A stretch of 33,937 nucleotides of DNA from a virus: IMG/VR virus record IMGVR_UViG_3300010882_000004, one strand, 5' to 3'. The notes under the pieces were generated by a model. It was not told the origin of the DNA and did not search any database. It saw only the letters and a list, made by a program, of their open reading frames with translations. The translations under genes and the position numbers were made by a program. Position 1 is the stretch's first letter, and each line of letters opens with the position of its first letter. This document shows positions 1 through 7,760 of the stretch, in pieces.

Positions 1-123
1 AGCACCTTGAAAACTGAATACTGCATAGATGGAAAGGTGGTTCTCATGTTTAGGTTTTCTAAAGAGGACTGGATACTGTTTATTGTCTGGACGCTAATAT
101 GCGTTGCACTCAACCAGTTGGTC
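1..123. repeat. Terminal direct repeat copy A (identical to 33815..33937)
   Basis: Read base by base. The 123 nt from agcaccttgaaaactg to caaccagttggtc are identical at both window ends. Confidence 0.97.
8..29 (+). repeat. 22-bp element TGAAAACTGAATACTGCATAGA, left arm of an inverted repeat (also present at 33822..33843)
   Basis: Its reverse complement matches 566..587 at 21 of 22 positions. It ends 16 nt upstream of ATG 46. Confidence 0.9.
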
Positions 124-144
124 GGTTATCTATTCTTTAGGTAA
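46..144 (+). CDS. Small hydrophobic peptide, 32 aa (MFRFSKEDWILFIVWTLICVALNQLVGYLFFR)
   Basis: Below the ORF-track cutoff. Strong SD GGAAAGGTGG at 31..40, five nt before the ATG. One predicted TM helix. First ORF downstream of the rightward switch promoter. Overlaps the 3' end of 126..557 by 19 nt. Confidence 0.35.
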   Translation: MFRFSKEDWILFIVWTLICVALNQLVGYLFFR

Positions 145-557
145 TCAATAATCTGGTTGAGCGCAGCCGAGGCTGCGAGTGTGCCCAAAGCGATGGACCA
201 ATTGAACCGTTGAGTCGCCCTTAAGCGGTCAATTGATTCCTGCTCCTGTCTCGCGATTTCGTCAAAGTACGTTCGGGCTTTCGAGGAGATGCCGCGTATG
301 ACAACGTCGCCTTCTTTTGTGATCTCGAACAGCTCTTTGGGTATAAACCCTTGCTCGATGAGGTCTTGGAATAGACCGATAAAGGCATAAGCCTCATCGT
401 TAGGCATTTCGCTCACTGGTATTGGCACAGCGAGAGTCCCATTCCTTTCGTGATTGCATAAATCACGAACCAGGTCTTCCATCTGACTGTTGACTCGTTC
501 AATAGGCACACCAACCACCTTGCTTCTTCGATGGATGACAAAGACTCCAAACCTCAT
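126..557 (-). CDS. Hypothetical protein with a winged-helix-like core and C-terminal TM anchor (possible superinfection-exclusion or immunity accessory)
   Basis: 143-aa ORF. The segment FIGLFQDLIEQGFIPKELFEITKEGDVVIRGISSKARTYF looks wHTH-like. The C-terminal WSIALGTLAASAALNQII is hydrophobic. No SD precedes ATG 557, so it may be leaderless. An alternative GTG at 509 has the SD AAGGTGG. Confidence 0.55.
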   Translation of the reverse strand: MRFGVFVIHRRSKVVGVPIERVNSQMEDLVRDLCNHERNGTLAVPIPVSEMPNDEAYAFIGLFQDLIEQGFIPKELFEITKEGDVVIRGISSKARTYFDEIARQEQESIDRLRATQRFNWSIALGTLAASAALNQIIDYLKNR

Positions 558-565
558 TCTATCAG

Positions 566-587
566 TCTATGCAGTACTCAGTTTTCA
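566..587 (-). repeat. 22-bp element, right arm of the inverted repeat (reads TGAAAACTGAGTACTGCATAGA on the minus strand)
   Basis: 21/22 match to 8..29 in inverted orientation. It ends 8 nt upstream of the minus-strand ATG at 557 and lies 19 nt upstream of the Cro-like start. Confidence 0.9.
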
Positions 588-605
588 CCGACGAAGGGAG
601 AGCAA

Positions 606-821
606 GTGTCAGTAACGCACCCGAATCTTAGAGCAGAGATGGCGAGGTACGGAATTTCACAATCAGCTATCGCCGAGCTTCTCAAAATGACCCCCGAGAA
701 TATACGAGCAAAAATTGCCGGTCGCGTCAAGTTCTCCTATGAGGAAACGCTTGCCATCAAGGATGAGTTCTTCCCCGAGCGACCACTCGAATATCTCTTC
801 GCAACTGAGGAGGAGGAGTGA
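606..821 (+). CDS. Cro-like or antirepressor-like small HTH regulator
   Basis: GTG start 5 nt after the SD AAGGGAG (594..600). HTH-like segment GISQSAIAELLKMTPENIRAKIAG. First substantial rightward gene. Confidence 0.6.
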   Translation: MSVTHPNLRAEMARYGISQSAIAELLKMTPENIRAKIAGRVKFSYEETLAIKDEFFPERPLEYLFATEEEE

Positions 822-1045
822 ACTCTTTTTGCCCAGCCTACATGGAATGCATCAAACAGCTTGAATGGTGGGACGTCGAGCAAGCCAGTCTCTTCGGCAA
901 CGAAAGCAAGCAGTCGGTCAGAGACAGGGCAAACCGTGCGGCCTTTCCTATTCCATCAAGACGTGTGGGTCGTGGACATAAGATCGTGGTCCATCGCGAC
1001 AGTTATCTCGAAGATCTATTCGCAACCAAGGAGGAGGACAACTAA
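818..1045 (+). CDS. Excisionase/MerR-like (HTH_17-type) DNA-binding protein
   Basis: Start overlaps the upstream stop and is preceded by GAGGAGGAGGA. The pattern WDVEQASLFG...IPSRRVGRGHKIVVHRDSYLEDL resembles Xis-type HTH proteins. Confidence 0.5.
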   Translation: MNSFCPAYMECIKQLEWWDVEQASLFGNESKQSVRDRANRAAFPIPSRRVGRGHKIVVHRDSYLEDLFATKEEDN

Positions 1046-1116
1046 TGGACCCCTACATCGCACTCATCATGCTCATTGTAACCGTCGCATTCGTAGCGAA
1101 CATATATTCGCAGTAG
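1045..1116 (+). CDS. Tiny hydrophobic peptide, 23 aa (MDPYIALIMLIVTVAFVANIYSQ)
   Basis: Below the track cutoff. TAATG stop-start overlap. SD AAGGAGGAGGA lies 6 nt upstream. Confidence 0.3.
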   Translation: MDPYIALIMLIVTVAFVANIYSQ

Positions 1117-1128
1117 TCGGGAATCGAA

Positions 1129-1770
1129 ATGCCACTAATCGACTTAACGGGTCAGAAGTTCGGAGAACTCACGGTTTTGGAACGTGCCGGATCAACACGA
1201 TACAGCGGTAACGCCCGATGGTTATGTCGGTGCAAGTGCGGATCGGTTATTAAAGTTGGGTCAGGTGAGTTGCGTTCTGGACACTCGAAATCTTGCGGGT
1301 GCTCGCGACCCAATCGTGGGTGCAGAGGCGGACACAGTGACGACCCCCTCGGCTATATCAACCATCGTATATATCGAATTTTTTCAGGTATGCATAAAAG
1401 GTGCTCGAACAGTAACGAACAAGCCTACAAAAATTATGGTGGGCGTGGTATATCGGTCTGCGCCGAGTGGCAGGCTTTCAAGCCCTTCATGGAGTGGTCT
1501 TTGGCGAATGGATATACAGAAGCCCTAACACTGGATCGTATTGACAACGATGGCAACTACGAACCGTCAAATTGTCGATGGGCGACGATAAAAGAACAAG
1601 CGAACAACAGACGGACCAATACTCATATCGAAGTAGATGGAGCCACACATACTATTGCCGAATGGTCAGAAAAAACGGGAATTTGCGCGAGCACAATCAG
1701 GAATCGTCTAGATCGAGGGTGGAGTGGACACGACTCTGTTTCTAGGCAAGTTATGAGCAACCAATGCTAG
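1129..1770 (+). CDS. HNH-like (HNH_3-type) DNA-binding or homing-endonuclease-like protein
   Basis: N-terminal Cys cluster CRCKCG...CGC. Motif LDRIDNDGNYEPSNCRWATIKEQANNR. C-terminal HTH-like TIAEWSEKTGICASTIRNRLDRGWS. Partly low GC. Confidence 0.6.
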   Translation: MPLIDLTGQKFGELTVLERAGSTRYSGNARWLCRCKCGSVIKVGSGELRSGHSKSCGCSRPNRGCRGGHSDDPLGYINHRIYRIFSGMHKRCSNSNEQAYKNYGGRGISVCAEWQAFKPFMEWSLANGYTEALTLDRIDNDGNYEPSNCRWATIKEQANNRRTNTHIEVDGATHTIAEWSEKTGICASTIRNRLDRGWSGHDSVSRQVMSNQC

Positions 1771-1888
1771 AGAGGATATGTTCTCCAAGGCGGTGCGTGT
1801 ACCTCAAGTACATGATGGCTGATCTAAGACAGGTGTGGTGCTTTTCTCGTCGGCCCGCCGTCTTGTAGAGCATATCGAAAGGAACCAA

Positions 1889-2044
1889 ATGAAGTACCGA
1901 GTCAAGCACGTACTAGCCGACGGAAGAGAACTCGACTCACTTGACGGATATATCGTCAAGAGATCGAGCGCAACTGAAGGGGTATATCGATTAGCAGAAC
2001 GATTGATTAGAGAAGGAGAAAAACGTGCAAGCGACACTGTGTGA
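1889..2044 (+). CDS. Hypothetical protein
   Basis: ATG preceded by GAAAGGAA. 51 aa. Start trimmed from track ORF 1835. Confidence 0.4.
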   Translation: MKYRVKHVLADGRELDSLDGYIVKRSSATEGVYRLAERLIREGEKRASDTV

Positions 2045-2366
2045 TTTCAAGTTAGAGGACGGAAGCCTATGCAAGGAAGAAGGCGCAAAGACCTACAAGC
2101 TGGTTAGACCGGGCAGAGGCAGTACGCTGGCAGAGGAGACGCTACACGCGCATCTATGTGACAAGCACGGAGCGCTATGCGAGGACACGTTCTTCTCAGC
2201 ACCTTCGGTAGCAAGAGCCGATACGACGTTTAACGCTATCGGAGCAGGAGAGCTGATCGAGCCATCAGAGGCGATCGTTGACCCTCAGTTCCTACGCGCT
2301 ACCGAACAGGTACAGGCGATGCACGATGAGCTCGCTGACGATCTCAGGGGAGTTCTCAATGTCTAG
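2025..2366 (+). CDS. Hypothetical protein
   Basis: GTG start after the SD GGAGAA. 113 aa. Coding-dense context. Confidence 0.45.
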   Translation: MQATLCDFKLEDGSLCKEEGAKTYKLVRPGRGSTLAEETLHAHLCDKHGALCEDTFFSAPSVARADTTFNAIGAGELIEPSEAIVDPQFLRATEQVQAMHDELADDLRGVLNV

Positions 2367-2583
2367 CCTGAGGATCAAAAGGGACAAGATAGATTATCTG
2401 GATTCTAAGAGTAAAGCTACCTCCGCCAAGAAAGTAGCTCCCCGCAATTATACCATCCCGCGACATACAGCGCTACCGGCAGACGGTGACGCACTTATGC
2501 GTACGATCATAGCTTGGACGCTCCTTATCGGTCTGCTCGTCCTCTTAGCCATCGCACTATACGCTTGCGTGGTGAGTCGCTGA
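2359..2583 (+). CDS. Hypothetical membrane protein (C-terminal TM)
   Basis: ATG after the SD GGGGAG. C-terminal IIAWTLLIGLLVLLAIALYACVV. Confidence 0.45.
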   Translation: MSSLRIKRDKIDYLDSKSKATSAKKVAPRNYTIPRHTALPADGDALMRTIIAWTLLIGLLVLLAIALYACVVSR

Positions 2584-3035
2584 TGGCACACATCAAAGAC
2601 TGCGTGCACTACGGTACGGTTCGCGGCATCGGTCCGATGTGTCATGCGCACGACGCGGTCGTGTTTGACTGTCGCAGGTGCAAAGACTACCGAGTGCTTC
2701 AGCGTGAGAGAGTCAAGACGCAGCAGATGCGACTTGGTGCCATCGACGCAGGAGAGGTAGTCAAACTTGAGATGCTAATCAAGTCCAAGAGACGCTACAA
2801 CCTTGTCCGCGCACTCTATGAAGCCAACGGCTGGGTATCGAATAACTACCTATCAACCGAATCGGTCGCGGGTCGAGACGGACGTAAAAGATGCTCAGAG
2901 CTGCGTAAGCAAATGGGCGATAGCTTTATCGAGTCTCGACCCGATCCGAACCCGGCTGTCAATAGCTGGCAATACAAACTATCAAATCAAGCGAGAGAGA
3001 TCGTACGTCTCGCACTGGAAGGGAAAGTCGCATGA
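2583..3035 (+). CDS. Hypothetical protein (Cys/His-rich N-terminus, possible DNA binding)
   Basis: ATGA stop-start overlap with the upstream gene. 150 aa. Confidence 0.5.
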   Translation: MAHIKDCVHYGTVRGIGPMCHAHDAVVFDCRRCKDYRVLQRERVKTQQMRLGAIDAGEVVKLEMLIKSKRRYNLVRALYEANGWVSNNYLSTESVAGRDGRKRCSELRKQMGDSFIESRPDPNPAVNSWQYKLSNQAREIVRLALEGKVA

Positions 3036-3595
3036 GCTATCACAAGATATGGCACGCGGTGAAAAACCCACCGCTTGACTCTACCAACCCTCACTACAAA
3101 AGCAAGTTCTCAAGCCTTGAGGCTGTCGAGAAGGTCATTCGTGAGGCAACCCCTGATGGGGAGGCTGTTATCTGCGCACCGCGCTTCTACGACGGCGTGT
3201 GTGTGTTCGTCGTCACTCATATCCAAGAGGATGGCGCAAGCGAGATACTGCTCGAACTCCCGGTCAATCTACCGACCGACCCGCAAAAGGTACTGGCGTT
3301 TATTACCTACATGAGACGTGGGTGCCTGTGCGCTGCGCTAGGGATCGTGGGCGAGGAAGATGACGATGGTAATACCGCAGCCGGAGTAGGTGAGAAAAAG
3401 CATCCCAAAGACCTCACTGCGAAACAAGCTGAACTGTCAGAAGCACTGATTGATACCGCAAGGAAACATGAGGTGACCGTCAAAGCCCTGACGACACTTG
3501 TCACTATGGAGTTTGGACCGAGTCCAAGAGACTACAGCGACGCCGAGTGCCAAGCCGCTGTTTTGTGGCTTCACGAGTGGGACGGTGAGGCATGA
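3032..3595 (+). CDS. erf: ERF-family single-strand annealing recombinase
   Basis: Motifs NPHYKSKFSSLEAV and ITYMRRGCLCAALGIVGEEDDDGN are typical of the ERF family. Sits in a recombination-module context. Confidence 0.75.
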   Translation: MSYHKIWHAVKNPPLDSTNPHYKSKFSSLEAVEKVIREATPDGEAVICAPRFYDGVCVFVVTHIQEDGASEILLELPVNLPTDPQKVLAFITYMRRGCLCAALGIVGEEDDDGNTAAGVGEKKHPKDLTAKQAELSEALIDTARKHEVTVKALTTLVTMEFGPSPRDYSDAECQAAVLWLHEWDGEA

Positions 3596-4101
3596 TGGGC
3601 GACTCACTGTTTGAGCTGTCAAGCAAGTACAACGATCTGATGGGGCTGCTTCTCTCAGGAGAGATCGACGAGGACACGTTTGCAGACACCGCAGAAAGTA
3701 TCCACGACGTAATCGAGCTGAAAGCCGATTCATACGCTTGGATGGTGAGAGACATCGAGGGCAGGATCGATACGATCGATAAAGAGATCAAGCGCCTGCA
3801 AGCCTTGAAGAAAACACATACCAACGCCAAAGCAAGGCTCTACTCGATGATGGAGTGGGCTCTGAGCGCTCTAGGCAAGCGAGAGCTTAGGACGCAGACC
3901 AATTGGTGGAAGTTCCGCAGATCCGGAGGTAAGCAGCGGATGTGGGTCAACGAAAACGTTGATCTGTCCCAACTGCCGCAATCCTACATACTGACCGAGT
4001 ACACCATCGACAAAGAAGCGGTACGCGCCGATCTGGAACGTGGCGTCGACCTACCGTTTGCCGGACTGTGTGAGCGCACCGAGACGTTGAGGCTATCGTG
4101 A
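3592..4101 (+). CDS. Siphovirus Gp157-like protein
   Basis: N-terminal LFELSSKYNDL...DEDTFADTAESI, coiled coil with KEIKRLQALKK, and C-terminal LP..Y...YTIDK..V...L pattern. Located directly after erf. Confidence 0.6.
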   Translation: MMGDSLFELSSKYNDLMGLLLSGEIDEDTFADTAESIHDVIELKADSYAWMVRDIEGRIDTIDKEIKRLQALKKTHTNAKARLYSMMEWALSALGKRELRTQTNWWKFRRSGGKQRMWVNENVDLSQLPQSYILTEYTIDKEAVRADLERGVDLPFAGLCERTETLRLS

Positions 4102-4496
4102 GGGAGTTCTTCGTCGCCATGATCCCGACAGGTAAGGAGCGCCCACGCAAAGCCGCTGGCGGAGGCTTTTACACGCCACCTAAGACCCGTGACGCTGAGA
4201 ACTACATTGCAGACTGCTACCGGGTAGCCTGCATAGGCAAGCAGCCCTATACAGGGCAGGTAAGCGTTCACATCGACGTGTTCAAGCCACTCCCGCAAAA
4301 GTCACGGGCAGAGGCATATCAGCCGTTTACCTGCAAACCCGACATCGACAACTGCGCGAAGCTGGTGCTTGACGCGCTCAACGGTGTAGCCTATCTCGAC
4401 GACTCGCAGGTAAACGTGCTCTCCATCGTAAAGCACGACCGGGAAAGAGATCAGGTAGCGGGTTTCGGTGTCAGGTTGGATAGTCCGCATGAATGA
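4098..4496 (+). CDS. rusA: RusA-family Holliday junction resolvase
   Basis: Motifs GKERPR, YTPPKT and KPDIDNCAKLVLDALNGVAYLDDSQV. Confidence 0.85.
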   Translation: MREFFVAMIPTGKERPRKAAGGGFYTPPKTRDAENYIADCYRVACIGKQPYTGQVSVHIDVFKPLPQKSRAEAYQPFTCKPDIDNCAKLVLDALNGVAYLDDSQVNVLSIVKHDRERDQVAGFGVRLDSPHE

Positions 4497-4842
4497 GTAT
4501 CAGCTAGCCATGATGGACGCACCTTCACTGGCTCCCGGTCACTGCGTAGTATGTCGCAGAGCTCACTGCATGGGCTTTCTCACCCGCCACCACGTCGTGC
4601 CACGCTCACAGGGTGGAGCAAAGGGTCCTACGTTGCATCTATGCGGTCATGGCACCATCGGCTGTCATGGACTGGCTGAAGGCGTCTCCAAGTACCGTAA
4701 AAACGATCCAAACGACGTCAGGCTGTACCGTCTGTACTTTCGCTACACGGATCGCTGGGAGTACCTCGAAGTCGCCAAACCCTACGTCAAGTATGAGACG
4801 GCGCTCGAGTCGTCAGGTTGGGAGCCGTGCCATGGGAGGTAG
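4489..4842 (+). CDS. HNH endonuclease-like protein
   Basis: Motif HHVVPRSQGG...LCGHGTIGCHG. Start overlaps the rusA stop. Confidence 0.6.
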   Translation: MNEYQLAMMDAPSLAPGHCVVCRRAHCMGFLTRHHVVPRSQGGAKGPTLHLCGHGTIGCHGLAEGVSKYRKNDPNDVRLYRLYFRYTDRWEYLEVAKPYVKYETALESSGWEPCHGR

Positions 4843-4844
4843 CG

Positions 4845-5234
4845 ATGACAAATAAGAAGGATATCGGTTCATGGTTTCGGGCATCTGTGAACTTCGTACG
4901 CGACAAGGCGGTTATAGCCCTGACCGGACACCATAAAACAGGGGACAGCATCATCGCCGCAGGGACCATGTGGTTTATCGTCGCCAAGAGCTACGAGCTT
5001 GATTCCGAGGGTGTTCTCACGACGGCTGAAGCCTATGGCGCGTTTCCCCGTTCGGTCACGAACAAAGAGGTTTCGACCGCTTTGGCGATCATCGAGCAAT
5101 GCGGGTTCGTCACCGTCACCAGTGAATATGTGACCATCCGACAGTACCGAAAATGGCAGACGACAGGAAGCGAGAGAAGCGAGATTGCACGCAAAGCAGC
5201 AGAGGCACGATGGGATGCTAGAAGCAATGCTTAA
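4845..5234 (+). CDS. Replisome-organizer-like (replication initiation) protein, tentative
   Basis: SD GGGAGG upstream. N-terminal WFRASVNFVRDKAVIAL resembles the phage replisome organizer N-terminus. Immediately followed by an iteron-rich gap. Confidence 0.4.
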   Translation: MTNKKDIGSWFRASVNFVRDKAVIALTGHHKTGDSIIAAGTMWFIVAKSYELDSEGVLTTAEAYGAFPRSVTNKEVSTALAIIEQCGFVTVTSEYVTIRQYRKWQTTGSERSEIARKAAEARWDARSNA

Positions 5235-5420
5235 AGCATGCTACGAGCATACCTACAGCATGCTAGTAGCACCTTTTATGCAATGCGTAAAGTATGCCTA
5301 TTACAGAGTACAGAGTACAGAGTACAGAGTATACAGGGTTTATACCTTATCCCAAATGAAACAAACACACTCTCTAACTACTAACTACCAAGTGACAGTA
5401 GGTACAGGGTTAGAGGCGGG
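5223..5420. repeat. Iteron-rich, origin-like noncoding region
   Basis: AGCATGCTA x2 (5235 and 5257, 22 bp apart). ACAGAGT x4 in tandem (5303..5330). TACAGGGTT x2 (5332, 5403). CTAACTA x2 (5374..5387). Confidence 0.55.
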
Positions 5421-5432
5421 AAAGGAAAGTTT

Positions 5433-5906
5433 GTGAGTGACGATTACAAAATGATTAAGGGCTTCGTTCTCTCAAAGCTGGGAAGCAGCGAACAAGCGTA
5501 TCAGATGATCGCACTGCTCGAGTCGACCAAGTGGGGAGCTCTCTATCCCGATCTGTTCTACGACTGGCTCAAGAAATACTTCGACTCGATCACGTATGGC
5601 AACTACTTGCTCCAAGAGGTCGAGAAAAAGATCGTCGCGTTCGACTCGTATGCCGCTGAACGCCAAGAGGACGAACGGCGTGCAAGTCCGGTTCACGAAT
5701 CCGCCAAAACGTGGAAGTGCCAACGGTGCGGATACTACGAGGAAATACTCACCCCGATCTGTTCGTTGTGCGTTGCGTCCGTTGAAAGCGGGGATCACCA
5801 ACCGCTTGCCAAAAAGGACGTTCTACTTGCCATGAACCCCGATGCTTATCCCGAGCAAAAGACCAGACTGCTTGAGCAGTACGCCACATTCGAGGTGGGG
5901 CAATGA
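5433..5906 (+). CDS. Hypothetical protein with a zinc ribbon (CQRCG...CSLC)
   Basis: GTG start after the SD GGAAAGGAAAG. 157 aa. Confidence 0.5.
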   Translation: MSDDYKMIKGFVLSKLGSSEQAYQMIALLESTKWGALYPDLFYDWLKKYFDSITYGNYLLQEVEKKIVAFDSYAAERQEDERRASPVHESAKTWKCQRCGYYEEILTPICSLCVASVESGDHQPLAKKDVLLAMNPDAYPEQKTRLLEQYATFEVGQ

Positions 5907-6121
5907 GCGACAAACTGGAAACAACACTTGAAGACGCGCATCTTCTCATGGTCGAAGTTATCAGCGCGATGGAATCGTTGGAGATCATCAACACCGACAT
6001 CTTTGAGCTTAGAGCTTCAGGTGTACCCAGGCATGAAGCGTCAAGAGCCTACAGTGCATCGTGTGAGCTCTTCGACAGTATGGTCAAGCTGATCGCAGAA
6101 TTGGAGAAAGACAATGAGTGA
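5903..6121 (+). CDS. Hypothetical protein
   Basis: ATGA overlap with the upstream gene. 72 aa. Confidence 0.45.
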   Translation: MSDKLETTLEDAHLLMVEVISAMESLEIINTDIFELRASGVPRHEASRAYSASCELFDSMVKLIAELEKDNE

Positions 6122-6473
6122 CACCGTAACACTGGGAGACGGCTCGGTAGCCAAAGTAGGCGATAAAGTCATAGGATACCCGATCAAGCATACGACTAGC
6201 ACGATCATCGGTATACACGTAGCAAGAAAACTATGGCTACTCGATGCGTCCGGCTTCTATCGCACCGGCGATGCACGCATCTATCAACCCTACACCGAAC
6301 CCGATAGCTGGGAGAAGCTAGAAGCTGAACTAGTCGAAGCCGCGAATAAAATGGCATGCGCTACGTGCATGCAGTTTCTCGGTAAAAGGTGTAGCTCCAT
6401 CCCCCATTGCTCCACATGGGCAGAGGTAGTCATCTCCAGAGCCAAGGCATTGGGAGGAGTTAGCAATGACTAA
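6114..6473 (+). CDS. Hypothetical protein
   Basis: Overlapping start. 119 aa. Confidence 0.45.
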   Translation: MSDTVTLGDGSVAKVGDKVIGYPIKHTTSTIIGIHVARKLWLLDASGFYRTGDARIYQPYTEPDSWEKLEAELVEAANKMACATCMQFLGKRCSSIPHCSTWAEVVISRAKALGGVSND

Positions 6474-6669
6474 AGCGATAGTACAAGTAGAAATGCCGGC
6501 GCGTTGTTGTAAGGGCAAGCCATTTACCGTTGAATGCGAGTTAGTTTACCTCGACAAACAACGAGCTAAGCGATGCTACGCAACAGGATTATTGGTCGGT
6601 GACTACTTCAATTCAAGACACCCTGAGTGTCCATTGGTTGAAATGACCGGGAAAGGTGAGAACTTATGA
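6466..6669 (+). CDS. Hypothetical Cys-rich protein
   Basis: SD GGGAGGAG upstream. 67 aa. Confidence 0.45.
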   Translation: MTKAIVQVEMPARCCKGKPFTVECELVYLDKQRAKRCYATGLLVGDYFNSRHPECPLVEMTGKGENL

Positions 6670-6851
6670 CCGAACTAAAGCCATGCCCATTCTGTGGCGG
6701 TGAAGCGCACATATACCCAGATGATCCTAACTTCGCAAAAACTTGGTTCTACGTCGAGTGTATCGACTGCCACGCTAACAGCAAGCTTTGCAAGACAAAG
6801 CAAGGAGTTATCGAGGCATGGAACAGACGCGAGGGAGCCAAGAATGGCTAA
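6666..6851 (+). CDS. lar: Lar-family restriction-alleviation-like protein
   Basis: The pattern CPFCGGEA...YVECIDCHA...EAWNRR matches the Lar-family zinc-ribbon signature. Confidence 0.65.
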   Translation: MTELKPCPFCGGEAHIYPDDPNFAKTWFYVECIDCHANSKLCKTKQGVIEAWNRREGAKNG

Positions 6852-7164
6852 AGGACAAGCACTTCTCGACGCATATGACTATGCCCATGGGCGCATGGAT
6901 TATGCCGTGACCACCTCCGCCCCAACAGAAGAGAAGGTGAAGCGTGGCAACGCGCTCAAGGAAGCACGCCAAGCCGTCATAGACGCAATCGACAACCCGC
7001 CAGCGCGGACGTGCAAGTGGTCGCAAGATGGATACTACGATGAAGATAACGGGAAATGGAATACGTCCTGTGGTGAATCGTTCTATTTATCCGATGGTAC
7101 GCCTAACGAAAATAGCATGAAGTTTTGTCCTTTTTGCGGGGCACGTATAGAGAGCGAGGACTGA
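6844..7164 (+). CDS. Hypothetical protein with a C-terminal zinc ribbon (CPFCG)
   Basis: ATG after the SD GGGAG. 106 aa. Trimmed from track ORF 6694. Confidence 0.45.
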   Translation: MAKGQALLDAYDYAHGRMDYAVTTSAPTEEKVKRGNALKEARQAVIDAIDNPPARTCKWSQDGYYDEDNGKWNTSCGESFYLSDGTPNENSMKFCPFCGARIESED

Positions 7165-7421
7165 TGAGCAAAGGTCACCCAAAATGCCGATATTACCGAC
7201 GCTGTCCATACCGTGATGTGCGCTGGCAAATGACTGACGCTGAATTGTTCGAGCAACGAAGTTTGTACCATCACAACATTACCAGATGCAAAGACTGCAA
7301 ACATTATCGTACATGGTACATTGATTGTGACGTGTGCGAAAAGATACCGGTAACTGACTTTCACGAATCTGCTGAGGTAGAACCTGATTTCTTTTGCGCC
7401 TATGGAGAGAGGGATAGCTGA
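7164..7421 (+). CDS. Hypothetical Cys-rich protein
   Basis: TGATG overlap with the upstream gene. 85 aa. Confidence 0.4.
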   Translation: MSKGHPKCRYYRRCPYRDVRWQMTDAELFEQRSLYHHNITRCKDCKHYRTWYIDCDVCEKIPVTDFHESAEVEPDFFCAYGERDS

Positions 7422-7693
7422 TGACAGACCTATGTGACACCTGCACGGATCTCCCACAATGTCTGCGGAATAAAGTGCAAATGCCAAAGACTGAATGTAC
7501 GCGATATAGGGGGGCTCGCAAGCAGACCAATTTTCAGCGGATCACGGCAAACCCCGAGGCACTCTGGGGTGGACTGTCACAAATGAGGAGTAGGTGCTGG
7601 AGGTGCGGGAAGACCAAAGGGGACGACGCCGTCTGCGACGGTTGTAGGAGATCGTGGCTGGAGTGGCTAGAGGGCGAGGCTGACGACCAATAG
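7421..7693 (+). CDS. Hypothetical Cys-rich protein
   Basis: TGATG overlap with the upstream gene. 90 aa. Confidence 0.4.
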   Translation: MTDLCDTCTDLPQCLRNKVQMPKTECTRYRGARKQTNFQRITANPEALWGGLSQMRSRCWRCGKTKGDDAVCDGCRRSWLEWLEGEADDQ

Positions 7694-7760
7694 AAAGACG
7701 ACCTGAACGGTCGCCCCTCTGGTAGTGCTTGTCCAAGCACATTCTATCAGAAGGAGCGGC

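Noticed and set aside
4-29. Hin/Gin-type hix-like crossover site (CTTGAAAAC resembles a hixL half-site)
   Set aside because: The 22-mer is not itself a two-half-site palindrome. No serine invertase is encoded, so the resemblance is probably coincidental. The inverted-repeat observation is kept without this mechanism.
1-123. Physical direct terminal repeats of the virion DNA
   Set aside because: The repeat lies in the lysogeny switch and not near the packaging genes. A PBSX-type TerL suggests headful packaging, so an assembly overlap of a circular or permuted genome is more parsimonious. This cannot be settled from sequence alone.
5185-5436. 83-aa plus-strand ORF in the track
   Set aside because: It has no SD. 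Its sequence is generated by tandem heptamers and other iterons in the origin-like gap, so I treat it as noncoding.
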